Source: an uncultured Solirubrobacterales bacterium
Lineage (GTDB): Bacteria; Actinomycetota; Thermoleophilia; Solirubrobacterales; Solirubrobacteraceae
Assembly (NCBI GenBank): GCA_963704345.1
Contig: OY969890.1
Location: 1,210,095 to 1,274,094 of the forward strand
DNA: 64,000 nt
Direction of reading: 5' to 3'
Of the stretch, positions 1-7,873 are shown one piece after another. Each line of letters begins with the position of its first letter. The first letter of the stretch is position 1. A program made the position numbers and the translations under genes. The notes below the pieces were generated by a model. That model searched no databases. It saw only the letters and a program-made list of their open reading frames with translations, and was not told the DNA's origin.

Positions 1-366
1 TGCCACGTGACCGACTAACAGACACCGTCCGATGGCCAGCCCCGTGGTAGACCGCTGCACGAGCAGACCCACCCACAAACAGTCCTTCTGGAAGGACAGA
101 CAAAGCCATCAGTCCAATGAGCCCAGCCCCGCACGACGCGAGACCAACGACCAATACACGCAAAGCCGCTCTCATTCCCCCCAACCTTTCTATTAACCCA
201 TCCGAGCACAATCGATGCGACCGACCCCAGAAAACTCCAGTAATATTTCCTGCTAACCGACTTACACGGCTAACCAGGTTTAGTCCCTTCGTCCAGAGAC
301 ATAGAGATACCTCAATGTTCACCTCATCACCCCGATTGGCGCCATCCTCGATTCGACCGCCTCGAT

Positions 367-1212
367 TCATAGCACCGTCTCATCGTCCCGTCGAAACCCC
401 AGACATGCGGAAATGTTGTTTGCCGCGTCCAACAGATGCGATGAAAATTGATCGACCATCTCCTCCAACGAGATCATCGATGTATGCGCCGCCAGATTGA
501 CCGCCGCGACCACCTCCCCGCTTTGGCACCGGACCGGGCAGGCGATCGACACCAGACCAGACACAAGCTCTTCGTCGTTGACCGCCATACCATCCTCGAG
601 CACCAGCTCAAGCTCTACACGAAGAGCCGTCTTGCTCCTAACCGTGTTCGGACCACGCCGCAAAAACGTCATACTGGCGATCAACTCGTCCCGCTCTGAC
701 TTCGGCAGATTGGCAAGCAACACCTTGCCCATCGCAGTGCAATAAGCCGGCAAACGCGACCCAACACGAACATTCAGATCAATCTCATACTGACCACGCC
801 CGTGGCTCCGAACACGCTCGACATACAAAATCTCCGCCCCGTAGAGCACCGACAAACTCGCCGTAAACGACGTCCGCTCACGCAACTCCTCCAAGTACGG
901 ACGCGAAGACTCCCGCAGACCCATCGAGTTCAGCTTCGCCATACCCAGATCGGTGACCCTCAACCCCAACCTATACTTACGCGAAACACACTGCTCCAAA
1001 AAACCAAGCGCGACAAGCGTAATCACATAACGATGCGTTGTTGGACGGCTCATACCTGTCTCATCAGAGATCTCAGCGATCCCCAACACAGACCGATCAG
1101 ACGTAAAACAACAAAGAACCCCCAACCCACGCTTCACCGACTGCGAAAAACGCTCCTCACGCAAAGTCGGAGCCCAACCCACCCCACCCAAGTCATGTGA
1201 TCGCGGACCCAT
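367..1212 (-). CDS. IclR family transcriptional regulator (PcaR/PobR-like)
   Basis: N-terminal HTH (SQSVKRGLGVL...IAEISDETGMSRPTTHRYVITL) and IclR effector domain (GSRLPAYCTAMGKVLLA; NDEELVSGLVSIACPV). Confidence 0.93.
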   Translation of the reverse strand: MGPRSHDLGGVGWAPTLREERFSQSVKRGLGVLCCFTSDRSVLGIAEISDETGMSRPTTHRYVITLVALGFLEQCVSRKYRLGLRVTDLGMAKLNSMGLRESSRPYLEELRERTSFTASLSVLYGAEILYVERVRSHGRGQYEIDLNVRVGSRLPAYCTAMGKVLLANLPKSERDELIASMTFLRRGPNTVRSKTALRVELELVLEDGMAVNDEELVSGLVSIACPVRCQSGEVVAAVNLAAHTSMISLEEMVDQFSSHLLDAANNISACLGFRRDDETVL

Positions 1213-1385
1213 CAGACTTGTCCAGCCTCAACGACGCCAGGATTCATTTGGCTCGCCCAGCTGAGCGACGCCGAGCAACAGGGCAAGCCAAAACCTCGGG
1301 TCACGCTCACCAGCCCATTGCCGACCCAGTCCCCGAAAGCCGCGTCGGTAATTGGCTGCGCGCCGGCAGGCCTAGCATCAGACAC
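1212..1385 (-). CDS. possible small protein (57 aa) translationally coupled to IclR
   Basis: GGAGG just upstream of GTG 1385; stop overlaps IclR start (TGATG); no recognisable domain. Confidence 0.3.
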   Translation of the reverse strand: MSDARPAGAQPITDAAFGDWVGNGLVSVTRGFGLPCCSASLSWASQMNPGVVEAGQV

Positions 1386-1631
1386 ACGAAAACCTCCCTG
1401 ACGCTCCACCCACCGCAAGACACCAACAACGACCGAGGAGATCACGGCGGCAACCAGCCGCCGACCCGAACTGGCATGGTTGAGCCCCTCCTGGCGTTTG
1501 GGCCATCGCCTGTTCGTGGGCTGATGAACCGACGATCCTTCAGCATCTGGTCCGCCGTTTGCGTGTTGATGTCCTGTGTGAAATGACACGCGTCGATCTT
1601 CCTCTAAGCCACATGTGGCGACAACTGGTCT

Positions 1632-1658
1632 GACCAATACTGGTGCGACCAATACTGG
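1632..1658. promoter_or_regulatory. tandem direct repeat GACCAATACTGG x2, candidate regulator site
   Basis: Exact 12-mers at 1632-1643 and 1647-1658 in the AT-richer spacer upstream of the IclR unit. Confidence 0.35.
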
Positions 1659-1698
1659 CCGGTCGAATAACCATATTAAACAATAGCTTCCACTACCA

Positions 1699-2815
1699 TC
1701 AGCGTGATGCTCGATGTTGTATGCGGCGACGGGCCTTCATGACGAGCAGTGTCGGTCTCATCAGGCCCTTCATCTCATCAAGCACCCCGTCGGTGACACA
1801 CTTGGTCCTTGGGGCATGTGCCTCGGGTGTTGCGATATAGAGTCCGGTCATCCCGGCTAGGATGACGGCGTGCTGGTTAGCCTGTGGCAGCGACGAGATA
1901 GCCTCGCGTGAGCGCCGGACGAGCGTCCGCATTGTCTCTGTCAGTTCGGCTGTGGAGTCGTATCGTTCGAGCAGACTAGGTTGGTTGGCCAGCTCGTCCT
2001 CACTCCAATCAACGAGGCTATCGAGCAGCGTGTGCAGGGCTCCCAACCACGGGTGGTATGCGCTTTCTATGAAGGTCACGTCCTCTGCCTCAAGTTCAGG
2101 GTTTGCTGCTGCCGACATTAGGGCCAGGGCAGTCAGAGAAGAAGCGCAAGCGGCGCTTGTCTCCCACCACCGGAGACCTGATCTAGGAAGTGTTTCTTCC
2201 TGTGCCCAGCAGGCAAGAAGGTCGTGCGTGCGGCTACCGCTGTGATTGAGACTCTGGTAGGTGACGATTCGCTTGGCCGCGCGCGTCACTGCGGGAACGA
2301 CTATCGCATGGGCGGGCAATTGCCGGAAGGCCCGACCACAGCCGTCGGTCAGAGCTTGGAGGTATCCTCCGTCTTCCTTCAGTCGACTGCGTGCGTAGTA
2401 GTCGGGGTGCTTAGCAACGCCATTGAGTGCTACTAGCAGCGGTTTGGTGGAGTAGATAACCATTTGCGATCGGGTCATCCTGAGGTTGCTCAGCGAGCGT
2501 GTCCGCATAATCGTACGCAGCTTGAAAGGCGACGAGTGCCCTGATAGCTGCACTCCGATAGACGCGTGGCACCAACGTTGCAAACGCGGCGGCCCCCTCT
2601 ACGTTGCGCCACTTGGCACGATGAGCCTCAAACGCGAGACTACGCAGTTCGGGATTAGGTATCTCGCTGGCACGCCGACGCCAGTAATCAAGCTCGCGCT
2701 GTACCTGAGGAAAGACCTGTAGCCAGTAGCAATGAGCAGCCGAAAGGAACGCGGCCGAGAGTTCGGCATGACGTCCAACTCGTGACGTAAAGTTGGCACT
2801 GTCCAACAGTTGCAC
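1699..2815 (-). CDS. DUF2600 / tetraprenyl-beta-curcumene synthase (YtpB)-like terpene synthase, frameshift near 2445
   Basis: ORFs 2411-2815 and 1699-2583 join: VFPQVQRELDYW, YDYADTLAE, EDGGYL, WWETSAACASSL, YHPWLGALHTLLDSLVDWSED match YtpB motif order. Confidence 0.85.
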
Positions 2816-2827
2816 TGGACAACGCGA

Positions 2828-5410
2828 TCACTCTTGAAAGCTGGCTTCCGCCGATACCCTGGCCGCCGACAGTCCCGGCAGCACGACCACGCTCAATGCT
2901 ATGCCCGCAACCAACGCAATCGTGAGAAGCAGCTTAACCACTCCGAGGGAGAATGGTGCTGGGAATCCTGTGGTTAGCTTTAGCCAACGCCCCGCAAGTG
3001 CGTGACCGTAGATCCCAAGGATCGCTCCGTCTGCGCAACCCACGCCGAGAACAATCGCACTCTCGATCAGAAGCGAGCGCCACAGCTGCCTACTCTTGAA
3101 ACCTTGCGTCTTTAGCGAGGCAAGTCGTCCACGTCGCTGCCAGATGGCCGCACTCAAAGCGAACGCGACCGCCAGTGCCGCCGCCACGAGCAGCAATGTC
3201 GATATCTCACCGAGGGTGCGTAGCGCCTGACTAGCGCTATCCGTGAACTGTGCTTCTCGTTGGGTGCGTGTCTGGACTGATAGTCCCGGTCGTGAGCCGA
3301 GCACGGAGAGCACGGCGCGCCGCCCGGCCGCTGGGCTAATACCCGGCTTGAGGTTGACCTCGATAGCAGCAGGGTCGGCTGTTTGCCAATATTTTTGGTA
3401 GTCAGCGGCAGCGATAGTGAGTGCTCCCGATGGCCAGCCTGTGTTCGTCGTGATCGCGGCAACACCCAAGTGCTCCGAGCCGGCTGGAGTCGGGAGTGAG
3501 AAACTGTCGCCGACGTGCAGCCCGCGTTCGGAGGCGAAACCTGAAGAGACGGCTGCCCAGCCACCTTGTCGGATCAGGCGACTTGCCCGAGTGTAGTCGC
3601 CTTCGAGTAGCTGGCTTGATTGGAGCACGACGCTGTCTCCCGGTGGTCGTGCGCGTATCCACAGCCGATCGTTGCCTACGTTCAGGAGCCCACCCTGATA
3701 GACGCGTGCGGAGGCTACTCCGGGCGCATGCGCGATCTTCACGAGCGCTCCATTGGCGTGGAAGCTGTCTGTCGTAAAAACGCTCTCACCACTCGTCACC
3801 CACACATCGGCGGTACCAAGGAATTCGACGATGGCAGCGTGCAATCCCCGTGAAAGATCGGCGCGTGCACCTTGGATCGCGACGCTCCCGTATACAGCTA
3901 CCGCCGCTACCGCCGCGAGCACGATCGAGCGTGCCGCAGTCGCCTTCAGTTCGACGACGGCGAGCGCGAGCATACTGCCATGTATCCGTTCGCTGATTGG
4001 TGTGATCAAGCCGATTAGGCCGGTAAGGACAGCTGGCACCAAACAGGCAGCGGCGAGCGCGAGCCCGGCCCCCCCGACAATTGTGAGACTCGGAGCTATC
4101 AATGTTCCGACCGCGGCCACCACTATCAGTGCGACCCCGGTGATACCGAAAGCTATGATCGTGCGCGTCCTAATGCGCTGCCCCGGTTGTCCGCTCTCGC
4201 GCAACGCGGCGTCAAGGGGCTTATCTGAGCGGAGATCGAGGGCCGGCGGCAACGAGGCCAACAGGACAGCCAGCACGCCGCAAGCGAGCGCCAGCAGGAC
4301 AGTGGTAAAGGCTATGATGGAGTGAGCGCTGATCGGGAACGCAATCGTCAGATAGCTTGGGATTTCGTTGAAAACTGTCCGTGCGAGAACAGCTCCCGCC
4401 GCAATCCCCACAGCCGACGCGACGACACCCAGCACCAGTGCTTGTGAGCCGAGGACGAGGAGGACTTGGCGAGGACCAAAGCCTTGTGTACGCAGCTCGG
4501 CGACAAATCGGCGCCGCTCAGGAACCGTCAACAACATCGCGTTGAGCGCCAGTAGGAACCCCACGATTGCGCTGATCACAGCAAACAAGGTCGTGGATTG
4601 GCCGCTGGGACCGGCAGCATCACTCAACAGCTGGATTTCGCGATCCGCCGGCTCTACATCGAGCCTTCCGGCCGCAATCCTACGAAGCTCAGACGCCACC
4701 ATATATTCAGAACCCGGGCGCGGCCTGACAAACACTTCGGTAACCCGTTCAGGCTGGCCGGTGAGGCGCTGAACCTCGCCCAACAGAGCAACGGCGACCG
4801 GATTGGATGCGACCGGGCCGATCGTCTGGCTGCCAAGCACACCGCGGACCTTCGCGATATGAGCTTCCCCGTTCGCCAAGACCGTCACGTTGTCGTTGAT
4901 TTCCGCGCCGACTGATCCCGCGACCGATGACGGGAGGCCGATTCCGCCTGAAAGCAGTCCTTCCGCGACGCTCGCATCTTTTGCCGCGGGCGCCCCGAGC
5001 CCAGCCAGCGCTGGGGTGACACCGATCAGCTGAATCGCCTGCCGGCGTCCACGCGGACCAACGATCACCGCGTCGAGTCTGAGCACCGGAGCAGCCACTT
5101 CGACACCTCGAAGCCCCCTCACCCGCTCAACTAATCGTGCGTCGAAGCCAGCCGACGAGCGGGAAGCCAGTTGTAGCCGCGCAGACCCAGTAACCGCATG
5201 AATGAGCTGTGACTCTGAGCTGGTTGTACTCGTGTTTGCCACAAGCACACCAAAGAACAAGGCGACGCCTATCGCGATGCCGATACCTGCCAGCAACTCC
5301 TGAACCTTGTGACGACGCAACCGCCATCCGTAAAGCGCGAACAACGTACTGACCCTGACTTTCAAGACTGTCGGTGTAAATGCGCGCCGCTTACTCATCG
5401 ACTCCCCCAC
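2828..5410 (-). CDS. FtsX/MacB-like ABC permease with duplicated halves
   Basis: Two TM bundles, two extracytoplasmic domains, ERRRFVAELRTQGF and QRRGRLASLKTQGF motifs. Confidence 0.92.
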   Translation of the reverse strand: MGESMSKRRAFTPTVLKVRVSTLFALYGWRLRRHKVQELLAGIGIAIGVALFFGVLVANTSTTSSESQLIHAVTGSARLQLASRSSAGFDARLVERVRGLRGVEVAAPVLRLDAVIVGPRGRRQAIQLIGVTPALAGLGAPAAKDASVAEGLLSGGIGLPSSVAGSVGAEINDNVTVLANGEAHIAKVRGVLGSQTIGPVASNPVAVALLGEVQRLTGQPERVTEVFVRPRPGSEYMVASELRRIAAGRLDVEPADREIQLLSDAAGPSGQSTTLFAVISAIVGFLLALNAMLLTVPERRRFVAELRTQGFGPRQVLLVLGSQALVLGVVASAVGIAAGAVLARTVFNEIPSYLTIAFPISAHSIIAFTTVLLALACGVLAVLLASLPPALDLRSDKPLDAALRESGQPGQRIRTRTIIAFGITGVALIVVAAVGTLIAPSLTIVGGAGLALAAACLVPAVLTGLIGLITPISERIHGSMLALAVVELKATAARSIVLAAVAAVAVYGSVAIQGARADLSRGLHAAIVEFLGTADVWVTSGESVFTTDSFHANGALVKIAHAPGVASARVYQGGLLNVGNDRLWIRARPPGDSVVLQSSQLLEGDYTRASRLIRQGGWAAVSSGFASERGLHVGDSFSLPTPAGSEHLGVAAITTNTGWPSGALTIAAADYQKYWQTADPAAIEVNLKPGISPAAGRRAVLSVLGSRPGLSVQTRTQREAQFTDSASQALRTLGEISTLLLVAAALAVAFALSAAIWQRRGRLASLKTQGFKSRQLWRSLLIESAIVLGVGCADGAILGIYGHALAGRWLKLTTGFPAPFSLGVVKLLLTIALVAGIALSVVVLPGLSAARVSAEASFQE

Positions 5411-6105
5411 GCGCTGGCCAGTTCCGCATCGAGCCCTTCAGCGAGTCTCCCGTCACGCAGCGTATGGACACGATCGACGAACCCCATCGCCTGCGGATCG
5501 TGCGTAACGATCAAGCCCGGTATCTGGCGCTCATGGCAGACATCGCGCAACAGACCCAGAATCTCTGCACTGCGCTTGGAATCAAGATTGCCGGTAGGCT
5601 CATCGGCCAGCAACAACCGCGGTTCGTTCACTAGCGCTCGGGCTATCGCCACGCGCTGGCACTCACCCATCGACAACCGCTCCGGCGTGTGCCCGACACG
5701 CGCGCCGAGTCCAACACGCTTTAGCCAGGGAAGTGCCTGTTCCTTCGCCTCGCGCAACGTGTACCCGTCGGCCAACAGCTTCAATGCGGTATTACTCAAC
5801 GCCGAAGCACCCGCCACCAGATGAAAAGCTTGGAAGACAAAACCCACCTCGCGCAACCTGAAATTGTCAGCCTCCGAGCCCGACATCAAGGAGAAATCGC
5901 GCTCACCAAAGAGAACGCTTCCCTCGTCCGGAGTACTCAGACCGGCCGCCAGCAACAACAGTGTCGTCTTGCCCGATCCACTTGGACCATACAACGCAAC
6001 GAACTCGCCCGGAGAGATTTGCAGCGACACACCATCGACAGCCCGAACCGTCTCCCCGCCGCTGGCGTAGTGCTTGACGACAGCACACAACTCTAGAGTG
6101 CCCAC
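5395..6105 (-). CDS. ABC ATP-binding protein (LolD/MacB type)
   Basis: GPSGSGKT, LSMGECQRVAIARAL, LLLADEPTGNLD, VTHD. Confidence 0.95.
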   Translation of the reverse strand: MGTLELCAVVKHYASGGETVRAVDGVSLQISPGEFVALYGPSGSGKTTLLLLAAGLSTPDEGSVLFGERDFSLMSGSEADNFRLREVGFVFQAFHLVAGASALSNTALKLLADGYTLREAKEQALPWLKRVGLGARVGHTPERLSMGECQRVAIARALVNEPRLLLADEPTGNLDSKRSAEILGLLRDVCHERQIPGLIVTHDPQAMGFVDRVHTLRDGRLAEGLDAELASAWGSR

Positions 6106-6107
6106 GA

Positions 6108-6845
6108 TCAGCCCGACCGTCCGTCAGCAACGCGCCTGCGTGGGAACGAGACGACCTCTCCCTCCTTATCCGTCGAGCGCAATACGCCACTGCTAATCGT
6201 CATCTTGCGCCTAGCGCGCCTGACTATCCCAAGGTCCTCAGAGGCCACCACAACGGCGGGCGTAGAGGCACGCCCGAACGACGTGATCAACTCATAGAGC
6301 TCTTGACGCTCAATGGGACTAAGCACCATTGCAGGCTCATCCACCAACAACAACCGCGGCCCGCATACCAGTGCAGCTGCCAACCCCACGCGCAAGGCCT
6401 CCCCGAGTGAGAGCATGTCGGTCGGCATGTGCGCACAACTTAGGACGCCCATCCGCTCCAATTCCTTCCCTGCTACCTGGAGCGCCTGACGGAGATTCAG
6501 CGAGTCCGCGAGAAGGGGCAGAGCAACATACTCGATTGTCTCCTGACGCACCGTCGGCCGCCAGTTCGATGTGACAAAACCAATGCCACCAGCACGCAAC
6601 AGCTCGGCACGAGCGTCCCCAGAAAGCTGAGCCAAATCATGACCCTCGAAAAGAATCCGCCCTTCATCCGGCAGTTCCATACCCGCCGCAAGGCGCAGCA
6701 GCGTTGACTTACCCGAGCGCCGCACACCCCAGATACCAACGAAGTCTCCAACGTCAACCTCGAAAGACACATCGTCGAGAACGGCGAAAGGACGACGCCC
6801 ATCCCAGTGGCGCTTTGTGACGTGCTCGAAAGAAAGCAGGCTCAT
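6108..6845 (-). CDS. ABC ATP-binding protein, degenerate
   Basis: GVRRSGKST, LSLGE, LLLVDEP; H-loop His absent (VASED). Confidence 0.85.
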   Translation of the reverse strand: MSLLSFEHVTKRHWDGRRPFAVLDDVSFEVDVGDFVGIWGVRRSGKSTLLRLAAGMELPDEGRILFEGHDLAQLSGDARAELLRAGGIGFVTSNWRPTVRQETIEYVALPLLADSLNLRQALQVAGKELERMGVLSCAHMPTDMLSLGEALRVGLAAALVCGPRLLLVDEPAMVLSPIERQELYELITSFGRASTPAVVVASEDLGIVRRARRKMTISSGVLRSTDKEGEVVSFPRRRVADGRSG

Positions 6846-7432
6846 AGCCCTTGAATGGGATGCTTGGCCACATAGTCGAGCATCGATTCACGAGTACGCA
6901 TAATCCAGCGCAACTCGCCTTGAAGACGCTCCTCGGTCCAACTGCTCGCGACATTCATCCTCAACCCAGTCCACGAGGACATCGGAGCCTCCGCCTCTAA
7001 GCATTCCCCGAGCCGATCTAGGCACTGTAGTTCGTATGTATCAAGCGTCTGCAACAGGACAGGGACGTCACACGGTCGCGAGAACGCGAACTTGATCTGC
7101 AACTCGGTACGAGTCGCCTCCCCCGAGACGGGAGTAGCTATCCATTCGCTCAACGCACGCTCGGTAAGGTCGGTCACGCCATACACCTTCTGGAGCCCCC
7201 CGTCGACATCCTTACGCGTAGTGCAAGCCACAAGACGCTGTTCCACCAACACCGCCAGCATCTTGTAGACGACATTGGGATCGATCCCCGACGCCGGCCC
7301 CAACCGCCTCCCAACCAACGTCGCCAACCTCCACGGATACGTCGGCTCATCTAACTCCAGCAAAAGCGCAAGCAAAGCCCCTTTCAAGGGCGAGCCCTTC
7401 ATCCACTTCCTGTCTACAGCCGCCTCAGCCAC
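6842..7432 (-). CDS. PadR family transcriptional regulator
   Basis: LKGALLALLLE...VVYKMLAVLVEQRLV...KVYGVTDL winged helix plus C-terminal helices; first gene of operon. Confidence 0.8.
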   Translation of the reverse strand: MAEAAVDRKWMKGSPLKGALLALLLELDEPTYPWRLATLVGRRLGPASGIDPNVVYKMLAVLVEQRLVACTTRKDVDGGLQKVYGVTDLTERALSEWIATPVSGEATRTELQIKFAFSRPCDVPVLLQTLDTYELQCLDRLGECLEAEAPMSSWTGLRMNVASSWTEERLQGELRWIMRTRESMLDYVAKHPIQGL

Positions 7433-7603
7433 CGCCCATCCTCCTCCGATCCCGGTCCATTCGAGATATACAGACTGTCAGAACCATAACCCAGAAAGCC
7501 ATCTAAAGGATCTGACCGGAAGTGTTCGCATCCTCAGACTCCAACAACAAGGCATTACATTGAGGAGGCCGGAATCTGACAGACCCACAGACCCAGGAGG
7601 CCG

Positions 7604-7850
7604 TTACGACGCATCCCATCCCTCGGGTGGGCCTTCTGAAGCCCTTTGGGGTCGCGTGCGCTCGACAGGCTGACAGTTGAGCTTGGCGCTGACGCGGATG
7701 GTGGCGTGCTTGGCCACTCGGGCGCTCAATTTGAAGATCACGGTCGACCGTCCGTCCTTGAGGACGACGGTTTTTGTGTTGGAGGCGATCGTTTTGTTGT
7801 GGTAGCGCGCGGTGTAGCTCACGCGCACCCTGCCGCTCGCAGGCCCGCTG
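7604..7850 (-). pseudogene. orphan C-terminal fragment of a probable secreted protein
   Basis: beta-rich basic segment GRVRVSYTARYHNKTIASNTKTVVLKDGRSTVIFKLS with no N-terminus, at a compositional junction. Confidence 0.4.
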
Positions 7851-7873
7851 CGGCGGCGGTCGGGCGGTGTCCG

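Noticed and set aside
15-500. ORFs 15-209 and 117-500
   Set aside because: No motifs, partial antisense overlap with IclR; probably non-coding.
7646-7873. N-terminal 76 aa of the 994-aa ORF
   Set aside because: It overlaps the antisense gene fragment; ATG 7874 just before the TM helices is more plausible.
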